From the NCBI GenBank assembly GCA_025594325.1, contig JANHCV010000004.1, forward strand, positions 1,364,001-1,428,000: a stretch of 64,000 nt of DNA, written 5' to 3'. Positions 1-11,423 of this stretch are shown one piece after another. Numbering within the stretch: the first letter of the stretch is position 1; each line of letters begins with the position of its first letter. Origin of the DNA: Blastocladiella emersonii ATCC 22665. Its lineage: Eukaryota > Fungi > Blastocladiomycota. The translations under genes and the position numbers were made by a program. Below the pieces are notes generated by a model, which was given only the letters and a program-made list of their open reading frames with translations, was not told the origin of the DNA and searched no databases.

Positions 1-720
1 TGGTCCTGCGGTCCGCTGCCCTTGTTTCTTGAGTCTTCTCTTTTGTGTTTCAGTTCGTGATACCTATCATCTAAACCGAAATCTCTGCTGTTTGCCTGCT
101 TCGCGTGTAATTTGATCTCGGCTTGTTCTCATTCATTCTCGATGGTCTTTCGACTTTGACTTGGTGATGCGGTCCATGAATCGAATGTGAGTAACATGTA
201 CCGGTGAGCTTTGATCATGTCATTACTGCAGCATGCTGTCGAGCCGGTGACCATGTGAAAAGCGTCGCGTTGTTCACGTCGCGGCTGCGCCACCCAGGGC
301 TAAGCCACCACCACCGACACTCGGTCGCCCGCCGCCGCTTTCTGCTTCCACGGCTTCCCTTCCGTTTGCATCTCGTCTTCTCAGGTCGCCGTTGACAACG
401 GGCTGTGCACCGGATTCAGGGAGGATCCGCAGCGGACGCTGACCGCACCTGCAGCTTTCCGCCGGAACGGAACTACGGCGCGCTGCGGCGCCGCCCCCGC
501 GTCGTTGGACCACGCGCCGTGGAAGTCACCGCCATGCCTAGGATCCAGCGTGGGACTCTTCTCCCATGAAGACTCAACGACTATTGACTCAATGGCTCAG
601 ACGTGGCGCTGATGATACGACGGCACAAGCAGAATGCACATCCTATAACTATGAGCAAACACCGCGTGTGATCGAGAGCTCACGAAGCAGGACGAGCGGA
701 GGGCAGCGAGCGCGCGTGCT

Positions 721-1254
721 TCTCCATTCACCCGCGCCCTGAGCCCCCAAGGGGACCGAGCCAGAAGCGCAAGGGAGAAGACACGCGACGGCACACACGT
801 TTCGTCTCCATTCACCCGCGTCCCGAGCCTCCATGGAGACCGAGCCGGACGACGCGGGGGAGAGTCCTCTGCGGCGGCCACGGCTTGACGGCGGCCTCGC
901 GTCACGATCGCACTTTCGTCTCCATTTACCCGCGTCCCGAGCCTCCATGGAGACCTAGCCGGGCGACGCGGGGGAGAGTACTCGGGGGCCTCGCACACGT
1001 CCCGGGCCACTCCGTTCACCCGCGCCTCGAGCCCCCATGGGGGCCTAGCCGAGAACGCGGGGGAGAGCCCGTTTGCGACCACCTCTCGCGCGCGTTCGTC
1101 TCCATTTACCCACGTCCCGAGCCCCCAAGGGGACCGAGCCGGTGACGCAGGGGAGAGTACTAGGCGGCAGAGTTAGCGCCTCGTGTGCGCTTTCGTCTCC
1201 ATATACCCGCGCCCCGAACCCCCATGGGGGTCTAGCCGGGAGCGCGGGGGAGAG
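721..1254 (-). repeat. Array of six ~60-nt imperfect hairpin units separated by 24-54 nt diverged linkers
   Basis: Units at about 721-780, 805-864, 919-978, 1009-1067, 1099-1157 and 1196-1254. Minus-strand unit (919-978) CTCTCC-CCCGCGT-CG-CCCG-GCTA-GGTCTCC-AT-GGAGGCT-CGGG-ACGCGGG-TAAAT-GGAGA folds into nested stems. Compensatory changes between units are visible. Confidence 0.9.
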
Positions 1255-1269
1255 TACTCGGCGGCGGAA

Positions 1270-1990
1270 TCGCGCGGGAGGAACGACCGACTGCTCGTGG
1301 TGCTGCCACTCTTCTTGATCTGCGACGCGGTACCGCGCACGACTGCTGCGACACGATCGAGTCGCGCCGGACAGTTGAGGCCGGGCGGAGGACCGAGTTC
1401 TTGACGATGATGGTCTTGAGGTCTCAGCAGTCGCGGACACGTCGAGGCTGATGATGAAACACGACGCGCGACAGCGACCGCGACCGCGGCGGATCGAGTT
1501 GAACGAGCGTGCGCCTTGGCCAGGCCTTGCCGCCGAGCTTGGTCACGGTGCCCAGTACTTGGTGTCGAGGTAGTTGTGGTGGTCGGACGTCGATACACTA
1601 CACGGCGAGGGTTATGAGTTAGAGATCAGAGAGACCGGTTTGGGTGCGCATCATGATCATACCTGTCGCGATGCACCACCAAGAACCGAGACTGGAGCTT
1701 GGGCAGGGCAACGAGACTCTCAGCCAGCTCGACGTGAACTCGATGCCGAGCACGCCTTGGCCGTGATCCAGATCATGTCGACGGGTCAAGAGGGGGCGGG
1801 CGGAACTTGAGCACCGTCGTGGCCGTCATGTTGCGACGGGTGCAGCAGGTCCTTGAGGCGTCGCCGAGCCGTGGTCGTTGATGATCATGTGGCCGACTCG
1901 GACGAGGAGGAGGGAGGCCGATCGAGTTGATATCATGGTGGACGGTGAAGACTTGATGAGGCCGAGAGGCAGCAGGAGCGACGGGAGCTC
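1270..1990 (-). pseudogene. Degenerate, frameshifted spliced coding relic of unknown family
   Basis: Canonical intron at 1598-1662 (GTATGA...CTAAC...TAG) joins ...VELAESLVALPKLQSRFLVVHRD|SVSTSDHHNYLDTKYW. GC3-rich codon-like tracts are broken by stops and frameshifts. Confidence 0.4.
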
Positions 1991-3692
1991 GAGTATTTGT
2001 ACGGCTCCGGGGTGTGTCCGTCCATCCGCACACTGTAAGGTATTGTGGCTGTCCTAGCGAGAAACTTTGTGCAAAACCAGCCGCTGTTGCACAAAACCCC
2101 GCATAACCGGAAAATGGCACAGTATTGTCTCGCACTACGACGGGCGAGCATCGCTGTTCCGTCGGAGCGGCTCGAGGCGGGTGCACCTGCCATCGCGCCG
2201 CGGCGAGGAAATCCTCGATCGATGCCGCTCGCGACGCGACAAGTGCGAGACGACACCAAGAACGCGAGCTGGTTGGTAGCAAGTGGGTCACGATGAGTCG
2301 CGGCGCGAGGGGAGACGCGGCGCGAGAGACGTGGCGCGACGCGTCCGACCGTCAGGTGACTTTCACGTGCACGATGCGAGACACTTTTGCAACCACGCGT
2401 TTGCGAGACAATACTTCGTGCACTCAAACGAAGTCATGGTCTTAACTTGTTGCACGCGTTTGCTCGGTGATGTTTCCGTTCGACGAAGCGTCGCGTCGCG
2501 TCTTGCCGCGTTGTCTCGACTTGGGCCCGCGCTGCCTCAATGACACGACGCGGACTGCCCAGTGTAGTTTGACGACACAATTAAGTCAACACTGCTTCTA
2601 TTTGCTACAGGGAGCGTTGTAAGAGTCTACTGCCCGTCCGACCCTGAGGTCCTTACTCTCGCTTGACAACTCGCCACGCGGTGGGGAAGCCTGACTCTAC
2701 GATACCGTTTCCCTGAAAATTCCAGCGATGATGTGCGCGAAAAAGCTATATTGTTGTATCGCGCACGGTCCACTCATCCTTCCCACCAGCAACACCGTTG
2801 ACGGCAGCGGCGTGCCCACGAACAGCCGCCCGCGGTGCTGTACAAAGGGAACCACCCGCACGAGCGACGCGGCCTTTTCACGGCACCCGTGCGAGCGATT
2901 CCCCAGCGGCGAGAGGCAGGGCGTCCTTGGGACCTCGGATTGGGTCGACAAGCATGAGTGCGTCGGGACCGTTTGAGTGGTGATGCGACTTGAGCGAACA
3001 TCTGTTACGGAACGAGCAAGTGGGCATACCGCCGCGGTGATGCTGTTGTTTGGTGGAGCACGGACGGCGGTAGTGGACGCGAACACATGCGCTGCACACT
3101 CTCGAGATATTCCATTGGTTTTGTGGAATCAGAATCAGAACCAGGCTCGATTGGACGTGTAGTCAAGCCGGCCGCGGAGGGCATGATCGCCAAGTGAACC
3201 GTGGTTATCCCGCCGAGCCGCGGCCAGTGAGTCGCTGTGAAAGATGTTCCGCGGTTGAAGAAGCTGCAACGCATCGAGCTGCAAAGAGCGGTTGGAGACG
3301 ACCGTTCTGGGCTCCATCAAGACCTCATTCCTTGCTTCGGACGGCGCGACTGGCTTCAGGGTGCTGTTCGGGACTCCAACACTGCTACCACGTAAGACTT
3401 GACCGAAGAAAATCCAATGCAGCAAGTTTCATTCGTTTCGTCTAAGAATCAGCGATATGGGAGCAGAGAGCGGGTGGGCAGCACGCTACGCGTCGCTCCG
3501 CCCGCGGTCGGGAGTCACTGGCCGCTCGCTCGCATGAACGACGCGTCCACGCCGCGACCCATGGCCGTCGCTGCAGTCCGCGGTCTCCGCGCTGCTTTCT
3601 CCGTCGCCTCATTCAACAATGTGGTGAGCAGCGTTCAAGCCTTGCTAATGCGGTATATATATACAAAGCGACTCTCCCACCCGCCTCCTCCC

Positions 3693-5397
3693 TCACGCCG
3701 AGACGGTGGCCGGCATCCACGCGAGCCCCTGGCCCGAGTTCTCGGCGGGGTGGATCCCGAGCGCGGCGCAGAGGAGACCGTAGACCTCGACGTTCGGGAA
3801 CGCGGGGACGGCGCGGTCCGGGTGCGTGCTGGCGAGGGAGACGGCCGACGAAAAGGACGGCCCGCGCGCGAGGAAGATGGCGTTCATGTCGGTGGTCGTG
3901 GACGGCACGTACCCGTGCATGCCCGTTGGGAGAGGCTCGCCGGGGATGTCCTCGAATTGGAAGCCCTGTATTTGGGGTGGAGGTTAGCTCAAGAGTCGTG
4001 CGGGAGAGCGGGTTCAAGCGTACATTGTCGGGCACGACGACAATCGGCGGGATCCGCGCGTTGCGGCCAAAATGCAGGTCGTCGGGCAGGTCGTCGCGCG
4101 CGTACGCCGTGTAGTTGACAGGGCTCGCCTGCAGCTGCGCGAGGATCGCGGGCGCGTCGTCCATGCGCACCGGGTCGATCATGACGATCGGCCAGCGGTC
4201 GCGGACGACGACCACGTCGTGGAACTTGCCGAGCGCGCGGCGCAGCGAGAGGCGGTGGCGGTCGGCCTCGGCAGTCGACGAGGGGTCCGCGGCCTCGGCC
4301 ATGCCGTGGTCCGAGACGACGACGACGTTGGTCGAGTCCCACATGCCGGCGGCGCGGAGGAGCGCGAACAGGTCGCCGAGCGCGGAGTCGACGCGGGCGA
4401 GGGCGTCGTTGACCTCGGCGGAGTCGGGCCCCGCGGCGTGGCCGGCCTGGTCGACGTCGGGAATGTACATGGCGAGCAGGTCCGGGACCGCGGGCGTGGC
4501 GGCGGGTGGCGGGTAGCGCGGCCACTGGGCGCGTTTCCGGCCGGGCAGGCCGGGCCAGTCGTCGTGGTCCGCGTCGGGCACGTTGCGCACGAGCCCCGTG
4601 GCATTGCGCGGGTCGAGCCAGGTCATGGCGACGCCGACGCGCTCGGCGGGGGTCCAGTGGTGGTAGTGGACCCAGTACCGCGGGCGGGCGCCGCGGAACG
4701 GGGCCTCGGACCCGGGCCAGCTGCTGACGGCGGCGGTGCGGCCCTGGCGCTCGACGGCGGTCCACAGCGGCTCGGCGGCGGCCCAGAAGCGCGGGTCGGC
4801 GTTGGTGGCGGGTTCCGTGTAGGTGAAGGTGGCGTTGAGGGCCGGGTCGAAGAAGACGTTGCTGACGATGCCGTGCTCGGACGGGTACCGGCCCGTGACG
4901 AGCGTGTAGTGGTTCGGGAAGGTGATGGACGGGAACGACGGGATCAGGTGCGCGGCGCGGAACCCGTCGTGGCTCGCAGTGAAGAGCGAGGCGAGGTGCG
5001 GGGTCCGGTTGCGCGACAGGTACTCGGCGCGGAAGCCGTCGATCGAGATGAGCAAGGTGCGGGTGCCGGCACTGGCGGCGGTGCCGGGGGTGGCGGGAGC
5101 GAGAAGGCGGTCGAGCGCAAAGAGACCGAGCAGGCCGAGCAGCGTCAGGCCGACCGCGAAGCCGAGCCGGCGGACGTGGTGGTGGTGCCGCGGCGACGCC
5201 CGCTTCGACGAGCCAGCGTTGAGCGGCACATCTTCATTCTCGGCGCCGTAGTCGAGGTCGACGGTCGCAGAGTCCTCGATCAAGCGAGCCTTGGCGTCGG
5301 CCGTGACGAGCCAGGCGGCGGCGGCGGCCGCGTCGGAGCGCGCAGCGAAGGCGGGCGACGCGGTGCGGCGCGTGGCCGTGGCGACCTTGTTGTACAT
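3693..5397 (-). CDS. NPP1: Ectonucleotide pyrophosphatase/phosphodiesterase (type I phosphodiesterase, type II membrane protein)
   Basis: Motifs LLISIDGFR, FPSITFPNHYTLVTG, DVDQAGHAAGP, VVSDHGM and GMHGY...MNAIFLARGP. N-terminal TM helix. Intron 3966-4023 (GTACGC..CTAAC..CAG). Confidence 0.93.
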
Positions 5398-5930
5398 TTC
5401 GGCCGGGGTGGCGCAGCAGCGAGTGGCAATGGACCGAGCCGGCGTGATCGGTGGGCTGATGGGGCGGTTGGGGACGCCGCGGGCTCGGAACCGGTAGCGC
5501 TTCGGCGAGGCTCTAGCGCGACAGGATGAAGTTGGCGGGGAGAGCGAGACCAGAGACGGCGAGTGCAGCGACTCGCGACGGCAAGAATTACATGGAAGGG
5601 TGGCTAGTCGTGGAGTCAAGGCAGGGAGGGAGTGGGAGCGGCGATGATGGCGCGATGAGCGCGCGGCCGAGGAGGCTTGTGCGGGCGGGACGCGTTTTGG
5701 TCACGCGGCGCCCCAAAACCGCGGTTTTCGCGCGCGGCGGGGCAACACGTTCTGTTCCGCGCAGATCCTCGTGTGTTGGTCGGCCGGCCCGCCCCCCTGC
5801 CTGCCGTGCCGGCCGCGCGCGCAGTCCCCTCTCCCCCTCCCTCCCACAAAGCATCGCCGCGAGACTGAATCGGACAGCAGCAACGCATCAGCCGCTCCGC
5901 ACCACCACGCACCAACACCCCGCCACCACC

Positions 5931-7020
5931 ATGCCCCCGATTGTGTTCTCCGACATTGGCAAGGCCGCCTCGGACCTGCTCGGCAAGGACTTCCCCGTCG
6001 GCTCCATCAAGCTCGAGGCCAAGACCACCGCGTCCAACGGCGTCGTACGTGTCTCTGCGCCGGCGGCGGGCGCGCCGTGTTGCGGCTGCTGCTGCTGCTG
6101 CCCCTGTGCGGGACGAGCGGGAGGGATGTCGGCGAATCCCGGGTGCCCCGCGCGAGACGGACGACGTTGCATATGTCTCGCGCGGATCTCGCACACGCAC
6201 AACAGCAGCAGCAGCAGCCGAGACACGGCCGCCACCATCACCTCAACAGCACAACTGACCTCGAGCCCCCGCCCGCCCGCAGAATTTCACCGTGACCGGC
6301 GCCAAGGACAACAAGACCGGCGGCATCGCCGGCGACCTCAAGACCAAGTACGCCGACAAGTCCAAGGGCCTCACGCTCACCGAGACGTGGACCACGTCCA
6401 ACGTGCTGTCGGCCGAGGTGGAGCTCGCCGACGCGCTGACCAAGGGCCTCAAGCTCAACCTGCTCGGCTCGCTGCTGCCGCACATTGGCCAGAAGAACGC
6501 CAAGTTCTCGGCCGAGTACAAGCAGGACGCGGTCGCGACCCGCTCGTCGATTGACCTGTTCAAGGGCCCCATCGCCACGGCCGACATTGCCTTCAACCAC
6601 GACGGCTTCCTCGCCGGCGCCGAGACCGCCTACGACCTGGCCACGGGCCACGTCTCCAAGTACAACGTGGCCTTCGGCTACGCCACGCGCGAGTACTCGG
6701 TCGCCCTGACCGGCGCCAATAAGTTCGACACCTTCGCCGGGTCCTACTACCACAAGGTCAACAAGGACCTCGAGGCCGGCGGCCGCGCCACCTGGGACCG
6801 CAAGGCGGGCGCCAACGTCAACCTCGAGCTCGCCGCCAAGTTCGCCCTCGACAAGGACGCCTTTGTCAAGGCCAAGATCGACAACGCCGGCAAGCTCGGC
6901 CTCGGCTACACCCAGGTCCTCCGCCCCGGCGTCAAGATGTCGCTCGGCGGTATCTTCGACACGACCCGCCTCGGCGACAACGTCCACAAGGTCGGTCTCT
7001 CGATCGTCCTCGACGCCTAA
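5931..7020 (+). CDS. POR1: Mitochondrial porin VDAC
   Basis: MPPIVFSDIGKAASDLLGKDF, TLTETWTTSNVL, VKAKIDNAGKLGLGYTQVLRPGVKMSL. Exons 5931-6044 and 6283-7020; 238-nt intron. Confidence 0.96.
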
Positions 7021-7367
7021 GCGGTCTCGGGCGGGTCGCTAGTAGAACAGTTTTCTCCCCTGTCAACATCATCCCTCCTTTTGTCTGCCATTCCCGATGC
7101 AATCAAGTGTTTATTTTATTCACCTGCTCTGCTCGCTTACCGCTGCTTGTGCGCGGTCGGTCGTGGTCGCCGTGGCCGCGATGACCAGGGCCACGCCGCT
7201 GAGGTCGGCCACCTCGCCCGCGTCGCTCACGCCGTCGCCATGGCCACGAGTCTAACTCGACGACCACGCCCTCACGCCCGCGATCAGCGATGAAGAAAAA
7301 CTTGTATGCACATGATATTCACAGACGGCGGCCATCGCGCCGCCACCACCAACCTCCGTCGCTCAGC

Positions 7368-10264
7368 TTACAGCTTGGACGTGATCCGCGCGCCGCCCGG
7401 CGCGCCTCCCTCGGCCCCGGCCCCGCCGCCGTTCGTCGCGGGCCGCGCGTCGAGCGTCAGCGTCGCGGGACTGTCGAGGGCGGCGCGGAGGACCTGCGCG
7501 AGGTGGTCGCACAGGACGATCTCGAGGTCCGCGCGGACGTCGGCGGGGATCTCGGCGACATCCTTGCCGTTCTTGGCGGGGAGGACGAGGGTGCGGACGC
7601 CCGCGGCGTGCGCGGCGAGAGCCTTCTCCTTGATCCCGCCGACGGGCAGGACGTCGCCGCGGAGTGTGATCTCGCCCGTCATGGCGAGCGCGGGGCGGAC
7701 GGGGCATCCCATGGCGAGCGACGTGAGCGCGGTCGCGAGCGCGACCCCCGCACTCGGCCCGTCCTTGGGCACCGCGCCCGCGGGCAGGTGGATGTGCACG
7801 TCGCGCGTTGCCCACAGGAGGTCCGACGGCGAGTGCACGAGCCCGAGTGCGTGCGCGTGCGCGCGGAGCCACGTCATGGCGAGCTGCGCCGACTCCTTGA
7901 GCACGCTGCCGAGCTGCCCCGTCAGCTGCACGGCGCCCTTGCCCGGGTACACGCTGGCCTCGACCACGAGCACCGCGCCCGTGCCCATGCCCGTCCACGC
8001 GAGCCCCTGCACGAGCCCGGGGACCATGGTCCGCACGCCCGCGTCGCGCTCGTACTTGGCGGGACCCAGCGTCGCGGCCACGTCCGCGGGCGTGAGGGTG
8101 CGCGGGCTCGTGACGCCCATGGCGGCTCCCGCGGATCCCGCGGACGGCTTCTCCTGCGCCGTCACGTACTCGACGGCGACGGTGCGGCACAGCGCGGCGA
8201 TGGCGCGCTCGAGCCCGCGGACGCCCGCCTCGCGCGTGTACTGGGTGATGAGCGAGTCGAGGACCGCGTCGGGGACGTGGACCGCGTCGCTCGCTAGCCC
8301 GTGCTGCGCGAGCTGCTTGGGGACGAGCTTGGCGCGGGCGATGGCGCGCTTCTCGGCGGGCGCGTACCCGTGCAGCTCCAGCACCTCCATGCGGTCGAGC
8401 AGCGGGCGCTGGATCGAGTCGAGCGAGTTGGCCGTGGCGATGAAGAGGACCTGCGACAGGTCGAGCGGGACCTGCACGTAGTGGTCGACGAAGTGCGCAT
8501 TCTGCTCCGGGTCCAGCAGCTCGAGCAGCGCGCCCGACGGGTCGCCGCGCATCGGGTCGCGCCCGAGCTTGTCGACCTCGTCCAGCAGGATCACCGGGTT
8601 GCGCGACCCGCACCGGCGCAGCGCCTGCGCGATCACGCCCGGCATCGCGCCCACGTACGTCCGCCGGTGGCCGCGGATCTCGGACTCGTCGCGCACTCCG
8701 CCGAGCGCGATCCGCTCGAACTTGCGGCCCATGGAGTCGGCGATACTCTTCGCAATGCTCGTCTTGCCCACGCCCGGCGGGCCGTACAGGCACAGGATCG
8801 GGCCCTTGAGCGAGTCGCGCAGCTTGCGGACGGCCAGGTACTCAATGATCCGCTGCTTGACCTTGTCGAGTCCCTGGTGGTCGGCGTCGAGCTGGCGCTG
8901 TGCGGCGGCGAGGTCGAGGCGGTCCTCGGTCGCGGTCGTCCACGGCAGCGCGAGCGCCGTCTCGCAGTAGTTGAGCAGCGTGTGGTACTCGGCCATGTTA
9001 CTGCTCATCCCCTGCAGCCGCTTGAGGTCGCGCGCGACCTGAGTGACGACGGCGTCCGGGTAGCTGCCACCCTCGAGCTTCTGGCGCAGCGCCTGCACCT
9101 CGTCGACCTGCGCCGGGTCGTCGCCGAGCTCGCGCTTGATTGCCTCGAGCTGCTGGCGCAGGATCAGCTCGCGCTGCTTCTTGGCGAGATCGTCGCCCAC
9201 CTGCGTGCGGATCTTGTCCGACAGCGTCAGCACGTCGAGCTGCCGCTGCAGCGCCGGCACGAGCCGCGCGAGCCGGTCCGCCGTGTCGAGCGACAGCATC
9301 GCCACGCGGTCGGCCTGGCTCAGGTTCGACAAACCGACCAGCACGTACGTCAGCTGCGCGACCGTCGACGACTCGACGAGCCGGCGAAGCTCGCGCGCCA
9401 CGTCCGCGGCCATGGTCGTCGCCGTGTACGCCACGAGCTCAGCGGCCTGACGGCGCAGCGCTGTCGCGAGCGACTCGTGCTCCTGGTCCTCGGGGAGGTC
9501 TGTGAAAGGGTGGGCGTGAGTGGTCTCACTCGATGAGACAAGGGGTTCAGCGTACCCGAGTCCTCGAGCGCGGCAGTCGCAGCGAGCAGCTGGCGGTCGC
9601 GCGGGATCAGCTCGTCGATGCGCAGGCGGGTGAGACCCTGGACGAGCAGCACGGCGCCGCGCATCGGGCCGAGGAACGAGCGCTTGGCCTTGACGACGCG
9701 CCCGAGACAGCCAAACTCGGCGAGCTGGTCGGCGCGGACCGCGGGCCCGCCCTGGTTCGTCGCCGCCGCCGCCGCCGTGCCCGACTGCTGAGACTGCTGA
9801 GTGGACGAGGGCGAGAAAGCACGGCGCGTCACAACCGCCGTCGACTTGGTCTCAGCTTCGCTCGGCGCACCGGGTCCCGGAATGTGCGTGACGGGGACAC
9901 ACGCGACGAGCGATCCCTCCTCGGGGACGGCGCCGTCGTCGCGCAGCGCGAGCCGCAGCACGATGCCCGGGAACAGGATGCGTGCACCGAACAGCGGGAC
10001 GACCGGGAGCAGCTGGCGTGTGTCATCGGCGGCCCAGTCGCGCGTCGGCGCGCGCGATGGCGAGCTCGGCACCGGCGAGTGCGGGGACGTCGAGCTGCCG
10101 GGCGTGATGGCCGATGAGCGGCCCGCCGAGCGCAGGTTCGAGGAGGACGCTGGAAGCGACGCGGCGCCCGTGACGGTCGCCGAGACGTAGGTCGGCCCGC
10201 CGGCGCCGGCGATGGGGGTGGCGGAGGTCGGCTCGGCGGTGCGGGGTTTCGCGGGGGCGCCCAT
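7368..10264 (-). CDS. LONP2: Peroxisomal Lon protease (LON_N, AAA+, S16 protease)
   Basis: Walker A GPPGVGKT, RGHRRTYVGAMPG, catalytic KDGPSAG and GGIKEK, C-terminal PTS1 -SKL. Intron 9500-9555. Confidence 0.93.
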
Positions 10265-10788
10265 GGGTGGTCGGTGGTGGTTACTTGGTGGTGAGGGTGA
10301 TGGCAGCAAGAAGGTCGGTTACGATTACATGCCCCAGAGAGGGAGACTGATGGGGGGAGAGAGAGGAGGGGCGCGGCGAGGTGCCGATGGCGATGGACCA
10401 CCGGTCTCAGGCGAAGGCCGCGTTCCGCCACGCGCCGTGACGTCAAAGGCGGCGCCGGGCCGGGACTTGCCGATCCTTTGGGACAAGGCATCGTGGTTCA
10501 CACGCATTGAATTTGAGGGGCCTTCTTCTCGAACATGAACTTTTAGCATGACTGGTTGATATTCCAGCGTATTACTGGCGCGTGAATAATACAACGAAGG
10601 GATCTGCAGCCCATCGCGATGCGCGGGTTAGCGTCAGGTGACGCTATTGTGCCACCACTCCCCTCTCCCCTTCTAACGCAAATCCGCGGACTGGTCGCTG
10701 ATCCCAACCGGCTTCCATGCAGCACTAGGACGAATCACAACGTAACAACCTCGTAACTCGGCGCATCGGACCACCCCCGCACGCCGCC

Positions 10789-11251
10789 ATGTCGCTCCCC
10801 ATCCCCAAGTTCAAGAACGGCCTCGGCATGTTCGTGCCGCAGGTCAAGCGCATCGTCTTCAACTACTGCGAGCGCTCGGGCTCTTCCAAGGGCATCATTG
10901 AGTTCCTGCAGCGCGACCTCAACGCCTTCGCCGCCGCCCACAACCACGTCGAGATCGTCGTGGTCCCGCGCCCCGCCAAGCACCCATTGGTCAAGGGCAC
11001 CTTCAGTACGGCGGAACGCTCTCCGTTGTGATTGCGAGCGGCATCAGGCACTGACCAACCGCGCGCAACCTGTAGTGAGCGGCCGCGAAAAGTCGCTGTG
11101 CGTCAAGAACATGACGCCCGCCGAGATCAAGAAGCACATCCGCCTGCTGACCGACGCGGCCGACGCCGGCAGCAAGACCCCCGTCAAGGGCGGCGTCATC
11201 AGCACCAACCCCGCCGTGCGCGGCATCTGGACGCCGTTCAAGCAGCTCTAA
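10789..11251 (+). CDS. MRPL51: Mitochondrial ribosomal protein mL43 (L51/S25/CI-B8 domain)
   Basis: NGLGMFVPQVKRIVFNYCERSGSSKGI...GREKSLCVKNM. Intron 11006-11075. Confidence 0.88.
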
Positions 11252-11423
11252 GCTTGACCCGTTCCGCTCCGCTCATCGTCTTTCTTGTACCTACCTGTCG
11301 CTATATAGTTCCACCTTCATTCGTCACTACTGCTCTCTCTCGCGCATCAGAGACGGGATCAGTATGAACAAACAACTGGCGTGTCAGATTACACATGTCG
11401 AATCAAGCAAAACTCTTCTCAGC

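Noticed and set aside
721-1254. CRISPR array interpretation of the repeat-linker structure
   Set aside because: The context is eukaryotic with no cas genes. Units are ~60 nt and diverged. Linkers vary from 24 to 54 nt and share partial homology (TACTCGGCGGC...CGCTTTCG), so they are not acquired spacers.
721-1254. Hammerhead, HDV-like, twister or H/ACA identity for the hairpins
   Set aside because: No CUGANGA core, no HDV P3/L3 or catalytic C, and no twister pseudoknot pairings. An ANANNA (AGACGA) follows most units, but there is no open pseudouridylation pocket.
597-1440. Repeat-encoded peptide ORFs (PWGLxARVNG)
   Set aside because: The frame changes between units, and the variation preserves base pairing rather than codons.
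2066-2095. 9-bp inverted repeat TTTGTGCAA/TTGCACAAA
   Set aside because: Too short and isolated to support a transposon end or operator.
2697-3445. Several short ORFs on both strands
   Set aside because: No recognisable motif, no GC3 bias and no consistent splice structure.
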